Shown here one piece after another: positions 37,145 through 51,542 of a stretch of 64,000 bases of DNA (within the stretch, counting starts at the first letter, position 1; each line of letters starts with the position of its first letter). A model generated the notes under the pieces. It did not search any database, had not been told where the DNA came from, and was given only the letters and a program-made list of their open reading frames with translations. The stretch comes from Phoronis australis (lineage: Eukaryota > Animalia > Phoronida), in NCBI GenBank assembly GCA_002633005.1, contig NMRA01000199.1, positions 442,995 through 506,994 of the forward strand, given 5' to 3'. The position numbers were made by a program, and so were the translations under genes.

Positions 37145-40100
37145 TATTAACTAACTATAAAACGGACAACTGCCTCACAACTAGCACTACCCTGTTTGTA
37201 GGCCAATAACGATCCCAACTTTAAAAAGACTAAACCCCGGTGTGCTTTCCGTCAAAACAATTTTTGATTTAGGCCACTTACCGGTGTAAAAACGTTTCAT
37301 CTTACTCCTTCAGGACTTGGAATGACCAATGACAAGAGGAAAATTTTGCAGGTGATGTATTTTTCCACAAATAGACTTGAGGGATATAAACATTTTTTTG
37401 TGTTGTAAAATTTAACTGAAGTAAACGTTTTTGTATGAATAAAGTCAAAATAATGATTAAAAAGAGCTGAAAAATAGGAAATCAAATAAGAAGTAATCGA
37501 AACCAAAAAGGAAACCCCCTTAAAAGATGAAAATTCCAAGCCCTGTTCCTTAAAGCCTAACTTCAACTGAATTTTGTTATTTTAGATGTATAAGGCTAAC
37601 CAGATAGTCCTAGCAAAGCCTTAGTAAAATAAGAAAACGCGAGTTCAATCAGGCAAATGTTAGCTCGTCACATAATAAGTGAAGTTGTCTTTTCGTGCCG
37701 TGTTGCGTCACTGCGAGATCCCAGCACAAACAACAAAAGGTTGTATTGAATAGGGGTCAGAACAGAACACCATTGCGTGCGGGTGTTATTCTCAGCTGTT
37801 TGAATTAAAAGATGATTCTCGCGATGACGTAGACAAAAGCAAGCCAATACGCCTAACAGTTAGTTAAATTTGGCAATTTATGGCACTAGTGGGCTCAGAG
37901 CCATGCTCTTAACATACTGTAGGAACCAAATTTAGACTCAGGAAGAACTAAGATCGTTACTGTTTCAGTCTAAACTCATTAAGATTCAGGTGAGGGCGTG
38001 GACGTTTCAACCCTGAAATCGCGATATCGGTCCCTTGGATTTGCCTTGGCAAATTGTAGCTAATTTTACTTCTGACATATGACAAGAAGACAATAATGTC
38101 AATTTGCAAGCGCACATTTTCCTGGTAAGAAAGTTGTATTCCACTCAAGGACGTGGTTTACAGGGGATTTGAAGTGAGTCTTCTTACTGTTGGAAAACAT
38201 TCACAAGTTTTTCAAGCTTCAAAAAGCTACTATCAGCATCTGCCTACCGCCTAAGTCCTAACTTTTAATTCAGATCACTTAACGCTATAACACTGGTCTC
38301 AACGTTCATCTTTCCCAGGTTTGAGATTGGAGATGATTTCTGGGCTCATATTGGGCCAGACTCAATAGGCTGGCCTGCCACAGGCCACTTGACTGAGAAT
38401 GGTTTGAAGACATAACCAACTGTCAGATCTTCACACGCCCATAAACCATATTCCAAGTCAGTAACTATAAAGAACTGAGACCAGTTGCTGGGGTAGGTGG
38501 TCTAAACAAAGCCAATTTCTCTGAAAGAAGACAGGTTTATAGTAAGCAGCTTGAATTTCTAAACAATAGAATTCCTAAAGAGAAAAATCTCATTTTCTGC
38601 TCACTGGCTGAAAATGGCTTGTTTGGCTGAAAAACACAAAATTCCAAAATGTATTGCCTCACTGAATCTACAATGACCTGGAAAGATTTTGTATAAACCA
38701 CAAACGGTATTAAGGATAATTTTTTTATTAAAAATTCTCAAAGTTGTTGGTCAAATCTGCATTAAATAACAAGATTGAAAATAAATAAAACATCAGTGCC
38801 CTCTACATTGTTACCAACACAGTACCTGTTGCTACCTAAAGGTGGCATTCAATTTAAGTCTCATTTTGCAACACAACTCAATTTGCTTCCAATTAACAAA
38901 AATAAGTAATCATCTAATTCGTAAATCAAGCAGAATAAAATGTGCCATTGTAATAACAAGGCAACAAAAAAGCATCACTCAATCACATTCAATGGACAGT
39001 CTAACTGTACAGACTTATTACAATGACCAACTGCATTCAATTGCGCTAACAACTACATTCAGCCAATCCACCGGCCCAGAATTTTAACAAACACCATGAT
39101 CGGTTGTGTTCATCTCAATGCCTATCCCTTGATTTTCTAGTTTTATCTGTTTTAACCCAAATGAGTAACGAAAATATAATTAATAATGACAGCGGCAGTG
39201 AGGTACACAATTTGGAGGATCTCATGCACAACAAGCTTAATGCTCGTTTAGCGACGCTGATGTCATTTTTCAACTGCATTGTGGGACAGTTGTTGGCTTG
39301 TAAACATCAGGTGACATCACAGGTTACTTGGTAACGTGTAAACAATACGATGGTGAACAACACATGTCACATAATGGACCATAATTAAAACCACTGGTCC
39401 ACTAAAACATACTTTTTAGTTCGTGTATGACAGAACGACAATCATACAAAAGAAAAAATTGAAAGAGGGCCTCAAAATGCATCATATATTACATAGCAAT
39501 TCTTTTGAGTGAGACACACGCCATCTGACAACGCTTAAGTAAATCTCCCCACCAAAAATGCCAGGCCTGCACTCCGTAGACCCAAGAAAATTGCAGAAAT
39601 GCAAGAATTTGTGAGATATTACAAGTGTGATGGCATTAGCTTTACTCACTAAATTCTTGGGCCAAAGGAACACAGCCCATGTCTCCAAGTTTTCAGTGAT
39701 GACAACCAGACAACCATCCCAGAATGCATTTGAAAAGCGACAGTGACAGCAGTGCCTTCGATGAAATCAACCGAAATTCAGGCAGACAATAGCACAATAG
39801 CTCAGTATAATGATATCATAAAAAAAATCTTTAAAATAATTCTGCCATAACAGTCTAAACAATATATTTACACTGCAAATATAGCTAAACAGATACAAGT
39901 GACTAGTTTTATTCATGACTGGTATATATGTTCAATGTATCACCATCACAACAAAAAATAAATGAAAGTTTGAGGATGTAAAACAATTGAAGAAACTGCA
40001 ATTTGTATAGATGCAAAATATCTTGCTTCCGTAAACATAAATACAGCTCTTGAGGTCATGTTAAAATTACCATGCACTGACACAGTGAGACCGACATTGC

Positions 40101-40760
40101 ACAATGTTACGCACGACTTCAGATGATTGAATGATTGTACAGCTGAATAACAATGAAAAGTTAAAGCTTTTCGCTGTCTTGATCTCAGCAATTTGACTAA
40201 ATGACCAAATTTCTGAGAAGGAAATATTACACACAGCACAATTGAGGTGGCTTGCCTTGAGGCTAATGTATTGGTAAGTACTACCTTCAGCTCGTCTAAC
40301 ATGGCTCATCAAAAACATTCGCATGATTTGGCAAGACTAAATTCACGACAGAATGTTCTTTTATCAATTGCAACCAAGATGTTTGATGACATCTAATGTT
40401 TTGACTGTTCCCAGCAACCACTCTCAAAATATGACCATTAGATAAGACTGGGCTGTCCCAGGTCTGCACCATAGCCAAGTAAGCGTCATTAAATATTTTG
40501 GTTGTGACTGAGAAAGAAAATATGGTTCACATACACATATCCACAGTTTAACATGCCTTAAGTACCCAACAATGTTTTCATCACTACAGGTTTTCTTGAA
40601 TTATTAATTCCCTGTTCACATCAAGACGTCCAACATACACAGTGAACCTCACAGGTCAAACCTTAATTTTCACCAAAGGTCAGACAACTGATAGTCCCAC
40701 TCATCACAAGTATGACTGGATGCCAAATTGTCTCATCTTTCCTTGCCATCAATCCAACCG

Positions 40761-43700
40761 TCATAGAGACGTTTCATTGGACGACGGTCTCGCCAAATCT
40801 TCTTCAAGTGTTGTTATTCGTTGTTTCAAACCATGCACCTGAAGTTAGAAAATTAGAAATCAATAAAATGCCAAAAAGGAATATACAAGCGTCCACATTA
40901 CTAGTCCAACAACTGCGTAGAAAATACTTAATCAAATGCTGAATGGAGGTACAGTCAAACTTGCACAAGATGGATCTGCACTGAACATGACACGCTTGGT
41001 TTTAGTGTCAATAATGCATTTTTGGGATAACTGTGGTATCAGTTCTCGATACTATTAGCTTTGACCAGAACTAAAAAACAAAACGAAACCTCGAGTGTTT
41101 TTTTCCTGAAACAAAATCAAGTCCTCACTTCCGTTACTCGTGAACAAAATATGAAGGAGTCACTGGCAAGTGTATCCACTGAACATTTGGTCAAAAAGGA
41201 ATTCGGCACAAGTTCGGTTTGCTTAAAAAGCAAACTTACTCCACAGAAAGTTCACAAGTTTCTAGGTCATAGGAGTAAACAAGACGTAAAGAAATATTAT
41301 GGCGAAATACAAAAAAACAAGTCAAATACTGGAATTTGCTTACTTGAGTTAGTGACGTTGTGTCCGTCTCTCATGGACTTCAGTCTGGCCAGTGGTGTCA
41401 CTATCACTCGGGCCAACAGGTGGTGCCCCAACCAGATGAGGCAGCATCCAGGCCAGGACACCATTCCGTAAGTGTGACAGTTGGAACCTTAATCCACCCT
41501 GCCCATTCAGAGAGGGACGGACACAACGTCGCTAACTCATGTAAGCAAATTCCAGTATTTTACTTAATTTTTCTGTATTTTGTTACCTCAGTTGGATGTC
41601 TAAAAACTTTCATGCTTTTATTACGGCGGAGACTGACACAAGCATACAGAGACTTTCAAATTACCTGCTCTTCGTAATTTTCGCTTATTGCCTTCACCTG
41701 GACTTCCAACTTTTTCACTTTGGCTTGGTATCGTTTTTTGGCTTTCTCAAACGCAGATATCAAGGCACTGTCACAACAAAAGTAGAAAATCTTCAAAGAT
41801 TCGTATATCACAATTTTCAACGTGTATTTAGGTCATTTGAAGACAACACGCGTTTAACTTCTTTCTGTCTTGGATAAATTAAGACTTTAGTCGTCAAATA
41901 TGTATTCATTTCAAGATAAAAATTAAACAGCTCATACATCATGATTTTATTAGGATATGCAATATACGACCAAGATGTATGGAACCTGAACTCCCGTCAA
42001 GCCTAAACAAACACCAAAAGTTTGTTTTAAGAAAAACCTATCATCCATTTAAGCCTGCACCATTATCTAACTTGCAAGCACTACTGCCTGTGATAAATAT
42101 ACAATGCCAGCTGTTAGATGCACTGTGAAGGGATACATTTTATTACCCATCATATCTTTGCTGGAAAGTAGCCACAATCCTGCCTATTGCATGTAACATT
42201 GAAAAAGCATGATCCTCAGCCTTGTTTCCCATACGCACCTGTTGGCTCGTTTCAAGTCATTGACAAACTCTGCAGACTGCTGATGTCTTATTTCAGAGTT
42301 GCGCGACAGCTTCTCCAATGTAGACATCAGCTCAGCAACTCTATTTTTAAGCATTTTCTCCCTCTTGAGTGAGTCGGACAGATCCTGGGCAATATCGCAG
42401 GAGTTTGATGTCCTCAGCTCAGCCAGAGTGATCGACGGTGTCCGGCTAGTAGGCGTCTCAGAGTCAGAACCCTGAACGAAAAAAAATCCACGATCAAACA
42501 AAGCCTCAACAACGATCTCTAGAATGTTATTACAACTGCCGCTATGAATGCTCCTACTAAAAAAATAACTTTTGCTTTGGACCATTTACTGTTAAACGAT
42601 GGTCTTAAATTGTTGGGAAGAACTAACAATTCATAATGCTGGAAACAAGGCTTACACAATGGCTTGTTATGATGGATCATTTTTATAATATTTACTCTGA
42701 GTGTAGTCTCAAATATAACGGATTGTTAGCTATTTGAATTGTTAGTTATTTAAATATCCAAAATTCAATTCTCATTTCAATAAGGAACAAGCTGAAACCA
42801 ATTTCACACCCAGTCTATTGGTTTTCCAAATTTTACTTTCCCTGACTTTGTGCACTTTTATCCATCTCACTCATTCTATCCCTGTAATGCCGAACACCCT
42901 TCTTACTCAACTCCACCTTTTCCTCAGCTCAATGACTTGAATAAGCTGTTTCATTTCATTCTGACTGCAACATCCACTTTGGTATATAACCATTCTTTCT
43001 CACATTACCCACTAACCACTCATGCAACTCCTTCATCAAAATCTAACACCGCTTAATTTCAAAGTGTACTCGCCCTTTTCTCCATCAAACCCTCAGCCTA
43101 TCGATGCTGCTCCTTCATCAGGCCCTACAATATCTAACACCCCTTTACTTCAAAGTGTACTCATCCATTTCTCCATATAACATTCACTCCACTGACGACA
43201 CCCCTTCATCCCACCCTTCAACACCTAACAACCCTTCACTTAAAAGTGTACTCACCTGCTTCTCCATCTCCGTTTTCCCTTCACTCCACTGGTGCTGTTC
43301 TTTCATCTCACTCTTCAAATGCTCAATCTGGACCAAGTAAGCCTGTTCTTGCGATTCCTTGCCATTAATCCTGAGCTCAAGAGCTTTTTTCTCCTTCTCT
43401 AACAAGTAGTTCTGAGCTCTCAGTTCTGCCTTCTCCTCCTGATATAAGAAAATGACAAATTAGCAAGAAATAATCATTATAAAAAAACTATGCAGCATAC
43501 CAAAGACTGAAAATTATTTTCCTCTACAGAAGTCTACAGTAGCAGTGATAAGGTGTTTTGTAGTAGCTGTCATAAAGCCCATTCAGCCAGCAGGTGTCCA
43601 GTAGATGAACACGATTCTAGACACAGGGTGCAACATTTGTTGTAAGTAATCCTAAAGCTTCTTTATATTGCGTAAACATAGGCAGTGCACTGAGCCAGAT

Positions 43701-46700
43701 TTTTGTAAGAAATGACCAATGAAGAAAGGATCAAAAGAAACCAAGTTTTTATTTGAACTTGATAATCCGGAAAAAAATCCAAGCAGGTTTGCAGCTATCT
43801 ACCAGACAAACTTACAAAAATGTTAGCTGAAAAGTGCAAAGCACATTTACGCGTTCACTTGGTGCACCGCAAACAGCAATAATATGCACTTGAATGAAAA
43901 TCTTTCACAGTAGATACCTTCATTGCCATAAGCTCCTGCATTAGGACTGCATTCTCCAGATCTAGTCTTTGTGACTCGAGGCTGGGTCCAGTGACATCTT
44001 GAGGCATCGGGTCTATGTGCACGCTCTCCAGCTCTAGGACAGTCATCTTGACTGCGGCTCGGTCGTTCTTCAGCTGCTGTATGTAGTCTCTCAGTCGGCG
44101 CTCATCGACTTTAGTGAACTCAGTGTCACTGGCTGTCGAACTGGTAGTGCTGTTAAGATAAAAGTGAAACAAAATGTGTACGGCAATTCTTCATTTATTT
44201 AGTGCAAAATATGTCCAACAAGTGAAATTCCGTTTTGTTGAATTTCTCCACAAAAGTAAAGATTAAAAAGATTTCAGTCTATTACAAGCCCGCTCTGCAG
44301 TGTGTAGACGTCATAAAACAACATTTGCTCAAGATCCCATTATTAACAAAGAGGTAAGCAACCATTGAAAAATGGAAGAAAAACAACTATTTGTGACATT
44401 TATGTTTGTGCAGAATGAGTGCAGAATTATGGTACGTGAGATTTTTAAGTACACAGCAAAATACTGAATTGAACAAGTTCTCTGAAGTTATGAAACACAC
44501 CTTTTCCATTTACTTTTTCGGAAATTAAAACCACAGCTGCAGTAAATGAACCCATGTTATGCAGTGACTTGATTTCATTTCAAATGTACGTTTTTATAAA
44601 GTACTAATTTGATTCTCTCATCAACTAACATTTGTGTACACACTTTAACATAATTTCTAGACTGAAAAACATAAAAGCAACGAAGTACTGGCAACTCAGA
44701 ATACAATGGCCCAGGAGGATCTAAAGAAAACTAAGCCATGGCTATGTTGAAACAGAACACAGTTTGGACTTGGAGGGAGTAGCTAGTCCGCATATCGGCA
44801 TAGAAATTTGATGACAGTTGTAAATCAACGGTGCCATCAACACAAAATAAGCCTAACACTCGCACACAAGATTAGGCAAAGTAATTATTTGTGAACCACG
44901 CTCTAAGTTATACAGCTGTCCCAGTTGGTCTGTATAAATAAACACAGCTTACAAAAGGCTGAGAAGTCAACTGTTTTATTAACCCCTATGGGTTTTGAAT
45001 AACCAAGCCCGGAATTATCTGGTCACCTTGTAGTGCGTCCAGTACTTCCTGTGTTGGATGATGACAGGTCTTCCCAGGGCGTAGCAGTGCATCCTGGGAT
45101 GTGTTGCATGCCACAGCTGCGGTCTAGCTTGTGCAGCAGTTGGCGGGCCAGGCTCTCTGATGTCTTGCGGTGGTCATGTGCCCTCTGTAGGATAGTCGTA
45201 ATCTCCTGCTGTTCATCTGAAGAGTAACTGTCACCAGCTAGAAGTATGACAAGGGATATCACTAGTTTATCACAAAACAGCTTCAACTTGAAAATTCAAC
45301 AGTCAATCAGCATGCTTCACTGTGACTATGACTTTCGAGTCACGTGTTAGACAAAGCTAGGTAGTCTCCATCGCTGGTCAGTGAGGTCTTTGAAAAAAAT
45401 GCGGTATCCTTTGTGACTCGGCAGGTCACATCAATTTATAACAATTTTTAAGGTAAGAAAAATGGAAATTTCATCACCTGAAGCTCTAACCAATAGAATT
45501 CCAATAAAACCTTGCAAATGGCCATGTGAGGCACCTGGTAACAGGAAGCACCAACTTTCTATATCTAACTCAAAATACGTCTAGTTGGTTTCGAAGTTGC
45601 AGGTGATGAAGTTACAAAAATAAACAAGTTTAAAGAACCTCATTTCATATCAATCTGTGATAGAAAATGTATTAACCACTGATCATTTGAGATTAGCTAA
45701 GTTCCAGGCTTTTAACTGAAAGGTGGCTTTCTTAAAATTTTTGATATTAAGTGAAAAACCTAATACATGCAGTAGACACGTGACATCATAACATATCCAC
45801 TGCATTGGTAGAGGAGACCACTCACCCAAACTGCCTAGTCCGGCCGCTCGGCAATTAGCCAGTAGTACACCTTGGTCACTTTCTACCAGGGCCAGTAAAA
45901 CCTCCAAAGCTTCAAGTGCCTGGTCCGAGTAGTTGATAGCCAACTGTAGAGCGGTGTTATTCGATTCATACTTGCCCATCAGAACACTAAGTCTATCCGC
46001 ATATGCCTTGCTCTCTTCAAGAGTCAAGTTCAGAACATCGTTCTGCGACTTAAGGTGATCTATCCGACTGGTCAAACGTTCAGTTTCCACTTCAAATTCT
46101 CTTATTTTTCCCTCTGACATCTCATTGCCACACTTGTACACAGTCTGAACTATTTCCTGCATGTTCGAGCACTCTTGTAAACTCTGAGCTAAATGTTCCG
46201 CAACTTTCGTATTGGGAAGCTAAGAAAAAAAGAAAGAGTCGTGTTTAAATTACATCTTGACTAATGTTTGAGAGTAGAATGTGGAAATAAAATAAAATAC
46301 GATAATTTCAAATATAACACGGTGGGGCAGTGCCTACCCTTCACTTTCAATGGGCCCAAATTCCAAAATTTCACGGGTCTATTGCAATTTGTTGAGGTCT
46401 GGAAAACAGTCCAGAAATGATGACACTAACCAGTTACTATCATTTTCTCAATCAGGGGAAAACCTGTCCTCTTACATAGAGTAGTTGTCAACTTTTCCAG
46501 AACTGGCTGCTTGCCATGCTACTAATATTAAAATTTTACGAAATGGCAGTTTGTTTGTTCATAAGAAAAGAATGCTGCAAGAACGTTCACGCGACATGTG
46601 AGAGAGGGAGACTGGCTACCCTGAACAAGCAAAATTGAGCTCAGTGCTTTATTTTAACAACTACTACCAGAGCCTACAGATCACCTCTCTTACCCCCATG

Positions 46701-49700
46701 GAGCTTATTTCAGCACCAAACACCTGTCTCTCTGCACTTGTACTTGTCTTTAACTTTTTCAGTTCTGCTATCTTGGCCACAGGCCCTGGGGCGTGGGGTA
46801 GCTCATAGCTCCCACTGTGACTACTGACGACACTTGCTGCACTCCTGGATAGAACCAAAGGCAGAAAGCTATTGCAAATCAGAAGTGCTGGATACTATGC
46901 AACAGTATTGACTGAAATGAAATGGATTCCTCAACGCACAAAAAATGTTGCGCACATTACAACTTTTACTATTTCATTTATTTCCTCTGCCTACTCGAAC
47001 ACTGGAAATGGTGAATTGAAAAAAATTAAAAGTTGTGCAGGTAGTCTGATACACGTAGCATTAGACGTACACAAGCCACTCAGCCGGGAATATTGCACCA
47101 TACACCTGAAACCACATCTAAATGTCTGTACACACGATGCTTATAAATTATCGTTTCCCAAATGATGGATAAAACAACACAAGTTGTACCTTTCGCCTGT
47201 ACTGGGGTTTATGTACTGCTTGGTAGGGGTGGACGTCCGACTGTGCTGGGGGGATGAAGGGCCAGATAATTCCAGGCTATGCGCCCGCTGCAAGTCGCGG
47301 ACCTGGAATGTGATAAGAAGGACACGTGAAGAATAAAAGAATGTGCAGAGTATTAGGTGAATTGCAGAATGTAACAATCAAACAAAATGACCCAGAATGC
47401 CCTGTCACGATGGCAGAGAGCAGGCAGAATTCCCTGTCACAACGACTGAGGGCGAACTAAATTCACCACCAGAGTAACTGCAATGACCCACCATGATTTG
47501 ACATTGCCACCGTGACAGGGAAACAGAACATTGTCTGATTGTTACAAGTTTTGCTTAGAAAAGGTGTGCCCATACTTAAAGTTATTACTCTTAAAGTTAT
47601 TACTCTTAAGTTATTACTGTGCATTATTGTACAATTGACACAGCGATCAAAACATCAGGTCAATAAACAGCCGTATTGCCTGCTGATAAAAATTCCAGAT
47701 GACCAATACCTGCAGAAACTAGATGAGATCACTAAAAATGATTTGATGCAATTACGCTGCATCAAAGGTTGACTGCAGCAGATAGCATCATCCCTCATCT
47801 GCTGCAGCAATAACCCTCAACTGCTGCAGCAGACGACTTCATTCCTCATTTGCTGCAGCAGACGACTTCATCCTTTATCTGCTGCAGCAGACGACTTCAT
47901 CCTTTATCTGCTGCAGCAGACAACTTCATCCTTTATCTGCTGCAGCAGACGACTTCATCCTTTATCTGCTGCAGCAGACGACTTCATCTATTACAGAGCC
48001 TCACCTTGCGCTTCATCTTGTCCCTCTCCTCACGCATGCTCCCTAGCTGGGCCCTCATTTTGTTCAACTCTGTTTCCTGCCTGCCTAGACGATCCTCATA
48101 CGACAGTCTTTCCTCACGCAGCAGACGGATCTCTTCCTCCAGCTGTGACACATCCACGAGAGGAGCTGCAGGCGGCAAGTGAAGCTCTTCTAACTCCTGG
48201 CTTACCTTCATTTACAAAAATATGACGACATTTCATAACCAAAAGAGAACTCGAGGGAGAGAGAGCAAATTTTGCTCAGCAATTACATTACAGGTGAATC
48301 AGTTAATAATTTCGTTTCAAGATCTAAATATCTAAACCACATAGTCAATCTGAAGAAGATCACATACATCTTGTAGGTACAAATGAAGTTCACAAGCAGT
48401 CAAGTTGATCATTTTCGCTACTGCGGTGGGGATAATGCCCAAATTTAACCTAAACATCCACTCCTGACTTTTCAATGCTTACACTTTTGAAGTATCATGT
48501 TTGGCCAGTACTCGGTTTTACACCAACCCAAGTTTCACATGATCTAGGCATTTACAAAATCGGATACGTACTTAAATAATACAGTGAAATATTATCTAGG
48601 TAACTATGACAATTCAATGGTTGGCTGAGCTCTTAGCAGCTGTTTCATTTGACGTTAAATGATTCATTTTGTCACCAATAACAGCCAGGGTGCCTTCGGT
48701 TAAAATTGAGACGCTGCAAGACCTTGCAAAAATCAAACGAGCTAAAAGCAAGTGTTTCGCGATTAAACTCGGGACCTTATTAATGTATACTACCAAAATG
48801 GCTGACACTGAAGTGACAGGTCAGTGAGACTGGAATGTTGAATTATACATAAACTTAACCGCTTTCCATTAGCACAGATTTCTTGCCACTAGTGTTTCAC
48901 ATTTGCTGAATGTGCCTCTGCTTTGTAACTATCCTACATTCGTGACAACAGACATATTAGGAGACAGCCTGCACTGACCTCTATTGCCTGTTGCTCAAAC
49001 CCACACACATCTCCAGCCTGCCCTGTCTCAGTACCCAATGTATCGATAGCGATTTTCTTCCGCTGATCAATTGCACTTTCCAGTTCCGAGACAACCCTTG
49101 ACAGTTCGGCATTTAGGTCGGAACCAAGCACCATATCAGCTGAAACATAGCAAGCAATGACATACATGTAGTTTTCCAAAGCATAGTTAAGGACACCAAA
49201 AATGTACATATGTGATCACATAAAAACAAATAATTAAAGTGACTACAAACCTGTCTTCTGACTCTAAAATTGGTCCTCAATCAAATTAGAAGTAATTTCA
49301 AGGTTTGCAGAGAACTGATAGTTCGTTACTGCTCGAGACGAGGCTCTACACGTTGGCTTGACATTTTATGTGCCAGCGTTACTTTTGGTGAGTACAGAGC
49401 AAAGAGGAGACCATTTTTTAATGGTAAATGGTCTAAATTATCAGGCTTCAGTTTGTGAATTTTAAGAGCTGGGCAACACTTATTCAGCTGCACTCACCCA
49501 CACTGGCCGGTTGAGATTCATTAGCATTGTTTTCATTGACTGAACAATCATCCTTTATGCTCTTGCCTGTGTCTGAGTCTGCAAGATCTTCATCCTCCTC
49601 TCTAGAAGAAGGAAACAACACAATTACTCATATAAGAGACATTACAAACTAAAATGGACAAAATTCATCATACATGAGACATCAAAAAATATTATGAGAT

Positions 49701-51542
49701 ACTGCATGTGCACAGAAATAGTTTGACAACTATTTGGAAGCGAGTACGTGTTTCAATTACAAGTGTTAGTATTTTTATCATAAAAAATTATTAACAATTC
49801 AAGTTACCAAGTTAGGATAATTGTTGGATGGGATAGACTTCTTGAAGTTATTAGCTTTGACCAGAGCTATAAAACATTGCATTTTAATGATTTCATAACA
49901 AATATCAAATTCTTGCCATTATCTGCCAGACATTCGCTGAAATCAAAATTGGTGTCTTAACCATTTAACTACGCCTAATATATTCTGTTTGTGAGATTTA
50001 GCTCTGTGACAGAGAGTTCGGCAGCTACTGCAGAGCTGGTGGGTTTGGCTCTGCACTAAGGCTAATTTTTGTAAAATAACTTTTCTCGATGCAAATGTCC
50101 TTTTAAGAAAGTCCAGTTCACTACGAACTTGCTTTGAACAGTGTGTGCAGTAAGCCCGTCCTGAAATAGCACAGCGCCATTCTCATTCTCAGGCATTTAC
50201 CCACAATGCAACACACGTGTCAAACATTGGTCCTGCTTCTTCACATGTAAAATGTACTAGTCATTATCTGATATCCTAATCATTATGTATTCGTCATTGT
50301 TATGCAGTAACACTTGTATAAGTACACATAGTGTGGCAATACTGACACAAAGAAATTATTTGGCAAAAATGTAAATATCAGTGCTAAATATGCAATGTAT
50401 TGTACTTTCCTCCTTAATCTACTTAGGACTGCCTGACAATATGGAAAGTAGTTTAGTAATGATTTTTATTACCTCCACAACAAGGAGAGCTCAATCCAGA
50501 ACGGGCCTATTATTCACCAACAACAATATATGCACAGTGAACAGGATTTATCTACCTGATGATGTTAATCTGATGACGGTCTACTTTTCGCCTCAGCTCT
50601 GCTATTACACTGTGCAGTTCTGTGATTCGTTCTTCATATCGCAACGACTGTTCTTCTATCCTGTCTTCGAATTCCCGCTGGAGATGTAGTCTGTCCGACT
50701 GAAATTAACAAACCATTTGAAACGAAAAAGAATCTCAGCCTGTTGCACTTGTAAATTACAAACAATCGGGCAACTAGAAAAAAAAACAAAATGTGCACAA
50801 GTTAGGAACAAGAATCCTCCCCAAATCTACCTTTATCAACGTTTTTCAGAATGTATTCCTAAGATGAAAATTCAATCCATAAAGCCATACAAAGCACCAT
50901 TTAAAAAGTTGTTCTTGTTTTTCAATGTTGGAAATTAGCACTTTTTGCAAAATTCTGCTACGGATCAGCAACTCTGACGTGACTCAAGTATCGGTATCAT
51001 AACTCATATCAGAGTCAAACTCAATATAATTTTTGCCTTTTCAGGATTAAATGCTTTCATTTTCTCTTGAACTGAACCAAGAAGTAAGTTTGGGTGAATG
51101 AACTCTGCTGTTGATCAGTACCATCTGGTATCAAGAAATCGAAAATGCAAAATCTCTAACAAGAATTACAGAATGATGGTTTCCTTTCTGTGAATCAAAA
51201 GGAAGGAAATGTTTGTAAGAACAGAACTGGAATTTGAGAGAAAAGAAACAAAAGTCGCCAGAAAAGGAAAGTACAGCGAACATCCATGAGGATTGTATGC
51301 GAGGAAAATCGTCTACCATGTTAAGTCATGCGTTAAATACAAAAAGTGACTTGGCATAATGGGAAATTCTTGAATATTATTGTAATTCTCGTCATGTATT
51401 TATCAAGCGCACTCCTAGGATGTTTTACCTGCATTTTGCTCAACTGTCGTTCCAGATGATCCCGTTCAGACTTGACATGTTGCAGCCGATTACTAAGACC
51501 CATGATCTCACCTTTCAACGACGACATTGTGGATAGGTGGAG
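40761..51542 (-). CDS. MCC: MCC (mutated in colorectal cancer) ortholog, 14 exons, about 806 codons; 5' end not located
   Basis: Frame-consistent GT-AG exons: 51542-51429, 50698-50556, 49601-49498, 49139-48979, 48205-48005, 47302-47190, 46844-46694, 46219-45826, 45237-45027, 44149-43918, 43438-43256, 42471-42239, 41767-41665, 40838-40761. Hallmark peptides are LRYEERITELHSVIAEL, KIREFEVETERL.SRI.HLKSQND, YIQQLKNDRAAVK, QRLDLENAVLMQELMAMK, SEIRHQQSAEFVNDLKRAN, and the C-terminal PDZ ligand NETSL. Confidence 0.95.
41301..41583. repeat. Inverted repeat (about 72-bp arms, about 140-bp spacer) in the last MCC intron
   Basis: 41301-41372 (AAATACTGGAATTTGCTTACTTGAGTTAGTGACGTTGTGTCCGTC) is the near reverse complement of 41511-41583 (GACGGACACAACGTCGCTAACTCATGTAAGCAAATTCCAGTATTT). 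Confidence 0.85.
42975..43310 (-). repeat. 91-bp tandem duplications of an MCC exon-end/splice-donor junction
   Basis: AAAGTGTACTC recurs at 43061, 43152 and 43243 (91-bp period). Each unit contains a diverged copy of the last 50 or so nt of exon 43438-43256. Confidence 0.8.
47773..47987. repeat. 29-bp minisatellite (CTGCTGCAGCAGACGACTTCATCCTTTAT), about 7 copies
   Basis: Directly visible tandem array. Each unit contains the 12-bp palindrome CTGCTGCAGCAG. The array begins about 17 nt into an MCC intron. Confidence 0.9.
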
